Assembly: GCA_013239625.1 (NCBI GenBank)
Contig: MU053994.1
Coordinates: forward strand, 248,001 to 311,071
Reading direction: 5' to 3'
DNA: 63,071 nucleotides
From: Lama guanicoe
Lineage: Eukaryota
Part shown: in pieces, positions 1-14,000 of the stretch
How positions within the stretch are numbered: position 1 is the first letter of the stretch
Layout: the number at the start of each line of letters is the position of its first letter
Program-made: the position numbers and the translations under genes
Notes under the pieces: model-generated
Databases searched by the model: none
The model's input: the letters and a program-made list of their open reading frames with translations, nothing else
Told to the model about the DNA's origin: nothing

Positions 1-816
1 CTTTTTGTTGTGTTCTATTTTCAAAAACTATTTATCAGTTCACCAGCTGATGGACACTTGGACTGTTTGCAGTTTTTTTGCTATTATAAATGAAGCTGTC
101 ATGAACATTCATTTATATGGAGAATGAGGATGGCAGCAGGTGGGTGGGGCCTGGCTTTGGGAGAGCTGGATGGTATATTCCCTAGGTAGGGAGTCAGGCA
201 GGTTCAAGGTGACTCAGAACCAGCACATTAGGCTTGGTTTGGGGGCTATTGCTATATAACTAGCCAGTGGGGTGTCCTTCTTCTTCTATGCAGCTGCTGA
301 GACTCTTGCTCATCCCCTGGGGAGACAGGAAGGCTGAGCAGGAAACCATTTCTCCTTCCTGTTCCTAGCAACTGCCTTGACTTCTTAGAGAAAAAAAATC
401 ACCATAGGCTGGTGTCTTAGGTTGGATTCCCTAGCAAAGACTCAGACAGAGAACTGCATGCAGAAGGTCTGCTGGGGTGTGTTCTCAGGAGATGAACCTA
501 TAAAAGAAAAGAAAGGCAGGACTCGAGGAGGGAACCTGCTGACCGTCCATGTCGTTGCAACTGCAGCCCAGCTGACCGTACAGGAAGTGCTGGAGTTGGG
601 GTGGCCCCTGGGAGTTGTCCCAAAGTGAGGACAGGGGCCAGGCCTTTGTATCCCCGCCTCAGTTCATTGTTGGCCATGGGCTACAGCCGAGGGCACTTCC
701 CAATGAGAGAGAGAGACACTTTGGCTGGAGGGACTGCTGTGTTGGCCCCGAAGAAAGGAACTGGGTGGGGCATCTTAGCTCAGCCCTTGAAAGGCAAGTA
801 TTGGGGGAAAGTGTAG

Positions 817-1098
<282 letters not shown>

Positions 1099-1652
1099 TG
1101 AGTACAAAGCACCTATCACAAAGGGGCATGAGTTGCTGAAAAATGTCACTAAACAGCTTCGCTTCTCCCATCTCTCACCGTACTGGCCCCTGAGACTGAC
1201 AAAACACAAGGTCTGCAAATCGAGCCATCTACCTCAGTGTTCCCCATTTTATATGTGTGGCATGTTTGCATATGTGTTTATAAATCTTTTGTGAAATATA
1301 AAATATTGGAATCCAATTTTAATAATGGATATTCCCAAATTCCCTTAAATTTGTCAGGGTCAAGGCTAAGGTATATAACTTTCAATCAAAGGTATACTTC
1401 AAATTTAATTGGTATCCGTTAATTGAGGGTAAACGCCGCCTGTTAGTCACTTGGCCTCCTCCTTCCCACATGCCTAACATGGTGTCAGGCACTGAGTAGA
1501 TGCCAAAGAAAAGTTTGTCAAATAACTCAATGAAAAGACAATTGAAAAGTACAGATATTAAGTTTATCAGCTATTACAACATAGACAATTCTCACTTTAA
1601 TGGACAATGTAAGCAAGAATTTCAAGTGTTGGCTGCCCTGGTAAGAGACACA

Positions 1653-1655
<3 letters not shown>

Positions 1656-1699
<44 letters not shown>
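1656..1699 (+). repeat. (GT)22 microsatellite, CYBB intron 9
   Basis: Directly visible. Confidence 0.97.
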
Positions 1700-1700
<1 letters not shown>

Positions 1701-1902
1701 GTGGGTGAGGAGAGGTGGGGACACGTAAAAACAATAGCCTTGAGATTTACCAAATGTGTTCAGTTAGGTAAAAATTCATCTTCTTACTTCTAATCCCAAT
1801 GTTCACGTGAGTTGATTACTTGAAAGCTATTTCACAGAAGACACTGCCCCATCGATACATTGTCCTAGTTTGAAGTGACACATTGCACACTCCCAGTCAT
1901 AA

Positions 1903-2151
<249 letters not shown>

Positions 2152-3277
2152 TAAGCGAAGCCTGAGAGAGCCTTCAGGGCAGAGGCTGGCTGAGACCAGG
2201 GAGAGCAAAGACAAGTTCTGGATGGTTCCAGAGAGCCAGGCTTCTTGCAAAAGGGCCATCTGATAATAAATGTGCTTTTATGTAAGCAGGTTTATTATTG
2301 AAAGTAATATGCTGTATTCGTATAGAATTACTAGAAATTCAGAAGAAAGAGAGTTGGGACAGAGAGAAAGTATTCACAACCCCAGTTCAATGGTTAGCCT
2401 TTCTGTACATTCTCTTCCAGTATTTTTCCACATGCTTACATCTTTTGAAAGTTGTATATATTGAGTAGGTACAACTTCCTGTCCTGCTCTTTTTAAAATA
2501 TATAATAGTGTTTTTCAGTGTTGTCACAAGCTTGATAATGATCATTTTAAATGATTCCTTTGTGTTCCATTGAGAGGACACAGAATAATTTTTCTATCAT
2601 CCTGTGTTAGCCATTGAAATTGATTCCATTTCCCGCCTCTGAGCACATTTATTTGCAGGGGGAGGACAGGAGACTTGTCCTTTCAGGACACTTAAGCTTT
2701 CTTATGGCTAGTAAAATCCTCGGAATAAATTCCCAGGAGATTTTTTTTTGTCACATACAAGTTTCGTTTCATTGCCTGATAAAGGGCATCTTTAATAAAG
2801 CTTGAGTCATTCTAATAACTGTAGAGATAACCTCTAATTGGCACATTGAGCTTTCCTTGACTTTTCATTCTCCCCTTTCCCTCTTTTCTACGTGGGGGAG
2901 GGTGGGCGGGACTCCTTTTTCCCCTAGGAACTCAGGCATGTCTGGCAGTAGCACCATCTAGGTGCTGTCGGTCTTCCCGAGAGGAGGTACAGAGGAAGCC
3001 AGGGATTCTGGGGGGCAAGAGCAGACCCAGAGGGAAAGTGGCAGGCTAATGTTTTCTTCTTAAGCTACATATTTCTGAGTACAGGCTATTTATTTACTGC
3101 CCTGTCATGTGAAGGCCAGAGCAGTTTCACGTGAGCTAATCTGTCAAGTGTCCAGAGCTTTCTGAAAACCTAGGCATTCTGAGCAGCAGGGAAATGTTGG
3201 GGGAGGGTAGAAATCCCTGTCGAGGCTGAGAGAGCCTATTTAAATATGATCTGCTGCACGGCCTGTCCCTCTTTCAG

Positions 3278-3424
3278 ATCTACTTCTACTGGCTGTGCCG
3301 GGACACACATGCCTTTGAGTGGTTTGCAGACCTGCTGCAGCTGCTGGAGACCCAAATGCAGGAGAGGAACAATGCCGGCTTCCTCAGCTACAACATCTAC
3401 CTCACTGGCTGGGATGAGTCTCAG
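3278..3424 (+). CDS. CYBB: CYBB coding exon 11
   Basis: [49 protein letters not shown]; ctttcag| and |gtgagg; 147 bp; this frame is missing from the ORF track. Confidence 0.98.
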
Positions 3425-3879
3425 GTGAGGGCCAGATCCCAAATCTCAGGTCCTTCCCATAGCGCCCAGGGCTCCTGGACTGCCCTTTGCTAATCGGAGC
3501 ATCTTATGTACTGTTTTTACCAAGAACGGTCAGTGGAGTCCCATGATCCAGCCCATTCACCCTCACTTGGTATCCCCACCTGTTCAGACTGTTGAGACTA
3601 GATTCAAAGTTGGTGTCTGTGGGACAGATCAAAGCTAAGGAGCCTACAAGGGAATAAAAGCCCTGACTTTGACCTTATTCAGACAATGGCCCCACCAGGG
3701 GTCTCGAACCAGGTGAACAAAATGATCCACCGGGTTATGGGAAGAAAATATTAGCTTTCTCTTTCTCTGTCTCTGTCTCTCTGTAATGATATATATATAC
3801 ACGCATATATATGTACATATATTCCTTTAATATATATTATGCATGTTTTATAATATACACAATACATTTAATAAACAGT

Positions 3880-4100
3880 AATAATAACTGGTGATAGTTA
3901 TTAAGCATATGCTTGTGCCAAGTATTGTCTTAGTGTTTACATACATTGTCTAATTAAATCCTCACAGCAACCTTATGAAGTGGCTATTACTATTATCCAC
4001 ATTTGAAAGATGAGGAAGCCAAGGCCCAGAAGGGGTTAGGTCATTTGTCCAAGGGCGTCCAAGTAGTAAATTCTCCAGAACCTGCACTCTTGGCCACTCC
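3880..4100 (-). mobile_element. MIR SINE fragment
   Basis: aatcctcacagcaaccttatgaag...tattatccacatttgaaagatgaggaagccaaggcccagaaggggttaggtcatttgtccaagg resembles the MIR core. Confidence 0.8.
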
Positions 4101-5086
4101 CAGGAGTTCATGATTATCATTTATAAATGAATCAATATATATTGAATGAAGGTGATATGTATGCGTGTGTGTATGTGCATATGGATACATGTGTGTAGAA
4201 CATATGTGTATATATGTATATGTATATATACTCTCTCCCTCCTGAGACATTTAGCAATGAAAATATCAATTTTCAATTGATAAGACAATTACAATTATTG
4301 ATAAGATAGTAACAATTCATAAGACAGCTCCCCCACGGCCAAGAATTATCTGGCCCCAAATGTCGAAAGTGATGAGATTGAGAAACTCAGAAATAAATTA
4401 ACAGTTCCTAGAGGGTAGCATCTTTCTGAATAAGCAGACATTAATGACTTGCCCTGGCAGCTGCATAATCTCACCCCCGGAGTGAGGCGCTAAGGCCAGG
4501 GTCTGCCTGCCCGCAGCCGGTGTCTCAGCGCGCCCTCCCGTGCACTGGCTCCTTGACCCTCGACGTTTTTCACATGTACCTTGTACCTGTGAAAACTGAC
4601 TTCTTCTCATGTAGGTTTTGGCATATTGTTTATCATAGATTCTCCAAGTCTTAGAAAAGTCTTGTTGCAAATGTACGTCTAGGGACACATGACCATGAAA
4701 ATTGCTGCTCCAGAAAAAGTGGCTTTAAGAGGCCACTTCTGCAATTTAGAAACAAAACAGCAACAACAAAATTTGATAAAAATGAAACCCAGTAAAAAAA
4801 AATGTGTAATGTATACATTGCTTGGCAATTTTGTTTTTTAAAAAGCCAAACACACTTTTTAAATGGGAAATTTATTTACATTGAAAAAGAATTGTTTTAC
4901 TTTGCAAAACTTTGCCCTTTACAAGGTTGTTAAACCAGAGTAACCACTCTTCTTAACCTCTTCCATCCCCCATCATTCCTCCCCTGTCTAGTGAATTTAA
5001 AATCTGATTTCATTTCATTGTTAAATAAGTTGGATTAACTACTTTTATTAAAAATACCTGTTAACAGAAAACAACACGTGACTCCG

Positions 5087-5090
<4 letters not shown>

Positions 5091-5120
<30 letters not shown>
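5091..5120 (+). repeat. (CA)15 microsatellite, CYBB intron 11
   Basis: Directly visible. Confidence 0.97.
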
Positions 5121-5123
<3 letters not shown>

Positions 5124-5570
5124 TAGCTTCAGGCTTGGTTTGATGTCCATTATATTACCAAAATCTGAGTGCGTTTTAGTCTATGATTGTTTTAATTCTT
5201 AGTGATTCCCCCAAAAGAGTGTATTTGGATGAGGAGAGAATGTCAGATGAATGGCTGAGAAAACCAGTGAGATAGAGAATTTCAATCCTACCCACACTTC
5301 AAAGTCTGGCTCAAATGCTGCCACCCTGAAACCTTCCCAGATCCTCCCCCCTGCCCCGTCTCTTCTTTGTTCTCATGGAGATGTTTGTGCCTCCTCTGTG
5401 GTGTTCATGATACCCTATTCTACAAATCGCATGGCTCACGTTTATACTTCAAGGTCTCCCTTTCTAGACGGTAAAGTGCAGGAAAGAACTAGTTCATTCA
5501 GTGTGGTTGACCTTCTGGCTTCCATCGTGGTGACTTGCCCCAAATATATACAGTTAGAATGAGTAGTTAG

Positions 5571-5777
<207 letters not shown>

Positions 5778-6304
5778 TAAGGAGTTCCCCCACTAAGGTG
5801 TTCTTGAGGCTTGTGATCTGCATAAAGCTCCCAAACCTGGCTGGATTTGTATATTCTAGAAACTAGAATACCTGGATCACTATATTCATACCCATAGAAA
5901 GTTCTAGATATTGCTGACACTAAGAAGGAGTCTTTAAATCACACCAAAATTGACTGGAGACTTGCAAACAAAGATTCCCAGGCCTCACCTCAGACTTTCT
6001 GAACCCTGCTCCTCCCAAGTAGAGCCATAGCTCAGTTCTTTTCTTTCATCTCCTAAATTTCGCTCGTGTATCTCCTCCAATAATTTCATATGGTTTGTAT
6101 TTATTACTAAGGATAAACTGTCCCCACTTTCATATATCGCTTTTGGGTCCTAACTCATAAGTTGACAGATATCCCAGGTCCTTTCTGCCCTCACTAAAGT
6201 TTGGCCATCATGGAACTTTGAGGGGATCCCCTATCTTGCTAGAACACATGACAAACTCAAGAAATCACCCATAAATATACTCTTTACACCACTGCTTCTT
6301 ACAC

Positions 6305-6450
6305 GTTAATGAACATATGAGTCACTTGGGGGATCTTTTTAAAATGCAGACACCGTCTTAGTAAGTGTGGGGTGGGGCCCAAGAATCTGCATTCTTCAAA
6401 AGCTGACCCCGAGGCTCCTGGTCTGGCACCACACCTAAAGGAACGAGGCT
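6305..6450. mobile_element. MER5A-like hAT-Charlie DNA transposon fragment
   Basis: gagtcacttgggggatctttttaaaatgcaga...ggggtggggcccaagaatctgcattctt resembles MER5A. Confidence 0.65.
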
Positions 6451-6832
6451 TTATTTTAGAGTCTGAACTGCTGAGGGATGAAGCCACACCAGGCTGATGG
6501 CAGAGTTGCTGTACCTGAAGCAGGTTTGTTCCTGAATTTAAGATGCCAGAGTGTCTGGGGGCACAGAGCCCTGAAGGCAAGGAGCCCACAGACTCACAGA
6601 CTCACCACCACTTTCTCTGTGGTAGAAATTTCCATAAACCCTGCTTGAATGTCATTTTTCAGAGAAGTCAACTGCCTTTTGGAGTATCCAGCTGCCCCCC
6701 ACGAATAGGACTGAGCCACCCTCCCGCAGGGTAATCTCAACTCTGTCATTTGTGAAAAGACAAAGGAGCAGAGGGGAATCTGCTCTGGGGCCTAAAATCA
6801 ATAGGAACCCCCCACCCCAATGTGCTTTATAA

Positions 6833-7012
<180 letters not shown>

Positions 7013-9475
7013 CTGGTCTCTTCCACGAGGAAACTAATGTGGCTTGTACTGCCAAATGCCCAAATAATGTCAGTTAATAATAGAAGTCCCCCCCTTTAAA
7101 CAAAAGGAGAAAAAGAAACTATAATGCGATGGTTTTGCCTGAAAGGAACGTCAAGGATTGTTTGATAATGATAATTTGCATTTGTATGAGGCTTTTTGGT
7201 TTTCAGAGCAATTTTATTAACATTTTTTTCTTCACAGTAATGCCAGAGAGAGTTAGGGCAAGGATTCCCAGACTCAGTTTTTAGGATAAAATAAATGGGG
7301 CCTCAAAATGGTGAAGTAACTTCCCTAAGATTATGGAGCTGAGACTGGCTCTAGCCCTCTGGCTCCAGGTTTGGTCATCTTTCAACAGTACCAGGCTGCC
7401 TGGAGATAGGTTTGTATGCTCTCCCCAAAGAAGTAGCTATTCATTTTCCCTTGGGCACCATCTTTGTTATCATTACTGTCACATCGAAGGAAAGTTTCCA
7501 AATGGGAGATTATCTATGCTGAGAGTGATCCATCACTTAATAGTGACAGTGAACTCCAGTTTACCAATACAGCAGCCTAACTGGGTCAGAGATTCTTCCT
7601 ACAAAAGAATATTAGAGTGACTGGAATTAATGTATTACCCAGCATTTATACTGGTGCTTGACAGAGAGTGGATACTCAATGAAAGTTTGTTGAATGAATG
7701 AATGAAAAGGCATTTAGAACCATACAGTGCCAGGGTAGAATTAATTGAAAGCCTTCAACAGAATTATCTGAGGAAATCACTTCTTATCCTCTTGGAGACC
7801 AAAGAAACCTGCTTCTCTTGAGAGTAAAGAACAGGCGAAGGTTAGTAACCAATAGGTTGTCCTGGAGTTTCCCTCACATTCTGACTTGAAGCACGCAGGA
7901 GAGGGAGATAGGGGCAGAGAACTGAACGCCTGTCATAACTCTGGCTGGCTCCTTGAATCCTGCTCCCCGTGTTGTGAAAGAGATGCGAACTGATTTATTG
8001 CCTGAAAGGGTCTCCTCTAGCCAGCACTGAGGAATTCGAAATTGAGAATTGTGACAGATGTGTATCTGACAGGCCCATCTGCTTTAAATGGCAGCCACCC
8101 TTTGTTCTACCTAAACACTCACACACGCAACATGGATCTTACTGCTGTAATTAATGGTTTATTGTTCTGTTATCATCACCATCATGATGACATTTACATC
8201 CCAGAAACTAAAAGCCCTAGCTTACTGTGTAGGTTTTGAATTCATACCCAATAGAATGTTCTGTATATCTGTGAGTTTGAAAGTCTCTAAATCACTATTA
8301 GTGTGGCCAGAAAAGTTTTCTCCACCCCCTCAGAACTGCTTCTACTTCTGGGAACTAAAAACAGATTTATTTGTTACATCACCTGGGGCCACAGATGTTT
8401 AGAACTATTTAACTTTAATAACGAGAAAGAAAGAGAAGGGAGCGGGGGAAGGGCAGAAGCCTGGGCTAGGAGTAAAGGGGAGGGAGGGAAGAGGGAAGAG
8501 AAGGAGAGTGAGAGAAAGCAAAAAAAGACAACAAGGAAGGGCAGGAGGAGGGCGTCTCGCGCTGGTCACTTTCTGCCCCAGATGTCTTAAAGTCTTCTGT
8601 GTATTGAATGTAACTGCAGGAGCTATACACATACTCATTTTATTTTGATTACACATAGTATTGAATCTGAAATTCTGGCCACAAATTTGATGCTAAGTGG
8701 ATATACTCAGGGGCTTGGGATGAACTAGTAAGAACTCAGTTGTTCTTTTGGGTTCCCAGGATGCCCAGGACACGGAGGGTCAGTCCTGACAAGTCAGGCT
8801 TGCTTTGGGAATGTGGCCACCCCACCACATCCCAGAACTGTTTCTGCGTAGAGGAACTTAGGTCCAGCCTGTTCACACTGCACCCCAGGTATCAGATCAT
8901 TCGTTCAACAAATTTTTATTGTGCTATTACTATGACTCAGGCTCTGTGTTCCTAGTTTCAATTCTTTACACCAAAGTGTGAGCCAGAGGGGTAATCAGAG
9001 TTACAAGGAGTCTGAGATTCTGGTCCCTCATTAACTTATGTGGCAGAAGTAAAATCAACTCCATTTGTTGCTCTGAAAATGTTTCTCCAGGGCTTTCGAT
9101 TTTTTACACCAACAGAGTCACCAAAATGGAGAGATCTGCCCTGTATTATCCAGGTTATGAGATGAAAAGTGAGTGTAAAAGCACTTGTCATTGTGAGAGC
9201 TTCCTTCTCCAGTCTTTTCTTCACAGCCGCCACCTGCCCACGCCGCTTTTTTTAGCATTTAATATTTAGTAACAGAGACTGAGAGAATGATTAAGGATTG
9301 TTTTTAATCTCAAGGCTATAAAGGCTTTTCTTAGTTCTTTTGCTTTTGCAATATTGCACTTATGAAATTTGAATACTTGTAGATGTTGTGTGTGAATAGT
9401 TTAGGGGGCCCCTGGGAGATAATTCCTGGGAAGAGCTATTAAAACTGTGCTCAGTTATTAAAATTAATGAGCCCT
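7013..9475 (+). other. CYBB: CYBB 3' UTR (end approximate)
   Basis: Runs from the stop to paired ATTAAA signals at 9438 and 9457, followed by GT-rich sequence (ggtgtctgtgtt); length similar to the long human CYBB 3' UTR. Confidence 0.65.
9438..9462 (+). terminator. Candidate CYBB polyadenylation signals (ATTAAA x2)
   Basis: ATTAAA at 9438-9443 and 9457-9462, downstream GT-rich element at ~9479-9492. Confidence 0.6.
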
Positions 9476-9969
9476 CTCGGTGTCTGTGTTATTGATCTTC
9501 GTGTTCAAGGGTGGATTCAGAGTGCAAAGATTTTCTCTGCCCCAGTGCAGTTGAGATTCTCTGTGTTTTGTAGATGACATGCCAAACACCGCACAATTTC
9601 TGGATTGAGAAAAGAAACCTGAGTACTGAGTTCTGTACCAGTGTCCTGGTGACCCTCACAGCACTGGTGTAAGGGAATGGACAAGGGAGTATCACATGAT
9701 GTTATGGACAGAATTTCAAAGGCAAAGAAGCCCTAATATAAGACTTCTCCCCACCCCCGCTCCATTTCACTCATCTTTTAGGTTCTAACTTTGCAATTAG
9801 GTGCCATCAAATCAGACTGTGAATATGTGTCAGTCATTGCTGTAGATGAGTTAACCCCTTACGATCCCCCAACTCTAGAAAAGGGATAGAGGTGTGAGCA
9901 TATGTTCCTTGGGAGTCAGTAAGTGCTGCTGCAGGGAGAAAGGTCATTACCTGAAACAAATGTCAATAA

Positions 9970-10205
9970 TAGAAATAGCTAATGTTTAATAGACACTTTT
10001 ACTATGCCAAACATTTTACATACACTTTAGCTAATCCCTCAGGACACTGCAAGGTAGCCATTTTACCCCAATTTCCTTGATTAAAAGAAAAACCGAAGCT
10101 GAGAGAGAATAAGTGACAGGCTCGAACTATCTCACAACTACTGGGCAACAGTATCATAATTAAATCCACATCTTTCCAGCTGAAAAATCCATGTTCTTAA
10201 GACCA
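9970..10205 (-). mobile_element. MIR SINE fragment
   Basis: aatagctaatgtttaatagacacttttactatgcca...aaaaccgaagctgagagagaataagtgac. Confidence 0.65.
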
Positions 10206-11065
10206 CACGAGCAGATTAGAGATGGTATAAGCAACCAAGGATATTTTTAAAGCTATTGTGCTAGGTACAGATTATGCACTAAGAATAGCTGGGTAAAAGA
10301 GGCTTATACCATCCAAGTATCTTGGTATCTTAGTTTAGAAACATTGGTTAACCTGATTCATGCAAATTTTTACTTTTATTTATTTCTAATGTTTTTTCAA
10401 CTTCATTGAGGTATAGTTGACAAGTAAAAGTATAAGATATTTAAAGCATACGTGATGATTCACCAAATAATGTTTTTTCAAAGAACAACAACTTTCACCT
10501 ACATAACCAAAATGCAGTGAATCAATCCAAGAAATTTAACACTGATACAAAACTATCATTTACTGTATAGTCTATGTATAGGTGACATTGTAACCTTAGT
10601 GCATTGCCCTAGGAGGTAGGTGTTGTCAGTTTGTCCTGTTATTGGTGGTATTAAGTTTGATCCCTAGATTTTTCTTTTATAAATGTAAAGGTATCATTTT
10701 ACTTTTGTAACTAGTAATTAACATCTGGGGAATACATTCTGACTGTATAAATATTTTCTCCAATAGCCTTTTAGCCAGTCATTATAACATAAATTGATAA
10801 AATTACACTGAATTGATTTTTATAATGATGGTTACAAACTATCTGGATTCTTAGATCTCAGTAGTCTGCCAATTTCTTTTCCCCCCAGATATATTGAGAT
10901 ATAATTGACATGTAACACAGTATAAGTTAAGATGTACAACATATTGATTTGATACATTTGTATACTGCAAGATGATTACCACCATAGCATTAGCTAACAC
11001 CTTCATCCTGTCACACAATTACTATTGCTTTTTGGTGATGAGAACATTTAAGATTTACTCTTTGC

Positions 11066-14000
11066 AATATCCCATAGGTTTTGACATGTTGCGCTTCCAT
11101 TTTCATTTGTTTCGAGATATTGCTTGATTTACCTTTAATTTCTTCTTTGACCCGTTAGTTGTTCGGGAGCATGTTGTTTAATCTCCACATATTTGTGAAT
11201 TGTCCAGTTGCCTCCTGTAACTGATTTCTAGTTTTATAACATTGTGGCCAGAAAAGATATTTATGATTTCAGTCTTCTTAACGTTGCTAAGATTTGTTCG
11301 TGACCTATCATTTAGTCTATTCTAGCGAAAAGATTTGTTCGTGACCTATCATTTAGTCTATTCTAGCGAATGTTCTATGTGTGCTTGAGAAGAATGTTCC
11401 TGTTAGAGGAAATATTCTGTATATGTCTGTTAGTTCCATTGGTCTGAAGTATGTTTCAAGTCCAACATTTCTTTATTGATTTTCTGTGTGTAACCTATCC
11501 ATTGTTGAGAGTAGGGTATTGAAGTCCCCTGCTATTTGTGGATTATTGCCTATTTCTCCTTTCAGATCTGGTAGTATTTGCTTAATGTATTTAGGTGCTC
11601 TGATGTTGAGTGCATATATATCTATGATTATTTTACGTTCTTGACTAATTGACCCTCTTGTCATATAATGACCATCTTTGTCTCTTGTTACCTTTTTTGT
11701 CTTAGTCTATTTTGTCTGATGCAAATATAGCTATTCCTGCTTTCTCTTAATTTTTATATTTTTATTGAAGTATAGTTGATTTATAATGTTTCACATATAC
11801 AGCAAAGTTATTCAGTTATTTATATATACATATCTATATTCTTTTTCAGATTCTTTTCCATTACAGTTTATTACAGGGTATTGAGTATAGTTTCCTGTGC
11901 TATACAGTAGGACCTTGTTGTTTATCTGTTTTATGTATAGTAGTGTGTATCTGTTAATCTCAAATTCCCAGTTTATCCCTTCTCCCCTTTCCCCTTTGGT
12001 AACCATAAGTTTGTTTTCTATGTCTGTGAGCCTGTTTCTATTTTGTAAATAAGTTCATTGTATCATTTTTTTTAAGATTCCACATATAAGTGACATATGA
12101 TATTTGGCTTTCTCTGACTTACTTCATTTAGTATGATAATCTTTAGGTCCATCCATGTTGCTGCAAATAGCATTATTTCATTCTTTTTATGGCTGAGTAA
12201 CATTCCATTTTATAAATATACCACATCTCCTTTATCTATTCATCTGCTGATGGACACAAATGAACTTATTTACTGGGTAAAGTACTCTTGACTGGCAGTT
12301 TCTTTCTTTTGGCATTTTGTATATATTATCCCTGCCTGCAGCACCTCTGCTGAGAAATCCACTGATGGCCTTATGGGAGTTCCCTTGTGTGAGAGGTTTT
12401 TGTTTTTTCTTTTGCTGCTTTTAAAATTCTCTTTGTCTTTGATTTTAGATAGTTTTGTTATTATGTGTCTTTGAGATGATTGTTTTGGATTGGAACTTTT
12501 AGGTGACCTGTTAGCTTCATAAACTTCGATGTCTAAATCTCTTCCCAAGTTTGGGAAGTTCTCTACTATTATTTCTTTAAATAAACTTTCTACTCCCTTT
12601 CCTTCTGGAACTCCAGTGATGTATACAATATTTCTTTCTATGGTGTCCCATAATTCCCCTAGGCTTTCTTCATCCTTTTTCATTCTTGCTCCTTGATGGG
12701 ATAATTTCAGTGGATCTCTCTTTTCACTCTGTGGTTCTCTCTTCTGTTTGCTAAAGTCTGCTGTTGAAACGCTCTGTTGAATTCTTCAGATCAGTCATTG
12801 AACGTCAGCTCCAAAATGTTTGGTTCTTTTTTATTTTTTTCTTTTTGTTGAAATTATTTTGTTCTTGTACTGCTTCCTGCTATCACTGAATTGTTGATCT
12901 GTGTTCTCTCACAGCTCTTTGAGCATCTGTAGAACAATTATTTTCAGTTCTTTGTTGGGCAACTTCTAGATCTTCATTTCTTTGGGGCCAGTTACTGGAA
13001 CTTTACTGTATTCCTTTGGTGGAGACATGTTTCCCTAATTCTTCCTGATCCCTGTAGCCTTGAATAGGTGTCAGGATAGTTGAAGAAGCAGTCACTTCTT
13101 CCAGGCTGTATGGACTGAGTTTGGTAAGGGCAGCCTTTTACCTGCAGGAGGGGGCATACTGGTTCACGTTGTGAGCCTGGGTCTACTGGTGCAGGGTGCC
13201 AAGTGTGGGGGTATGTGGCAGCACTTTGTCTGGAGAAGTGTGATGTCCCTTCAGCTCTGGCCAGTAGGGTCCACAGTAGAAAAAACTGTGTGGTCCTTGG
13301 TGAGTAGTACAGGGGCATCTGCAGTGGCTGCAAGAACTGTTAGGGTCCTAAATGGTACCTCCAGTTCCAGTAGCTAGTGTAGGCAGTGGGGGTGGCCGGA
13401 GCTGCTAGTGTATGCATACTCGGTTGTGGGAGCCAGCCCCAGGTGCCCATGGAATGGCTGAAGCTAGTTGCAGACACACTCACAGTGATGGGGGCCAGGG
13501 AAGCTAGCAAAGGCCAGGCTAACTATGTGCTCTAGTAGCTGCAGGGGACCTGGCTGTTGACATACTCTCCTGTGGCTGCATGCTCTCCCCCGCTGAGTGT
13601 GCAACTATAGTGGACAATGGTGATGGGTTCGGGCTGGGGGTGTGCGGGTGCAAAGTTGGAGGGGCTAGGTGCAGGTGGGCAGGGTGGTACTAGCCAGTGA
13701 CAGGACACAGCCTGATGTGGGCGCACAAGCAGCTGTGAGTCCTGGTTGTCCGTGAACTCACCCCTGACTGTGTGCTCACCCATGGCTGCGCGCTCTCCCC
13801 CGTGCTCGAAGGCTGCAGTGGAGGCCAGTGACTGGCATCAGGCCAGGGGATGCAGGAGCACAGCTGCAGGGCTAGCCTCCGGAGCAGGCATGGCAGTAGC
13901 GTCAGCTAGGGGTGGAGGCTCGGCTGGGGTTTTGCACGTAGGCAGCTGCAGAAGCTCCAGCTGGCTGTGAGCATGGCTCCAGGGCTCCCATGGGGTTGGG

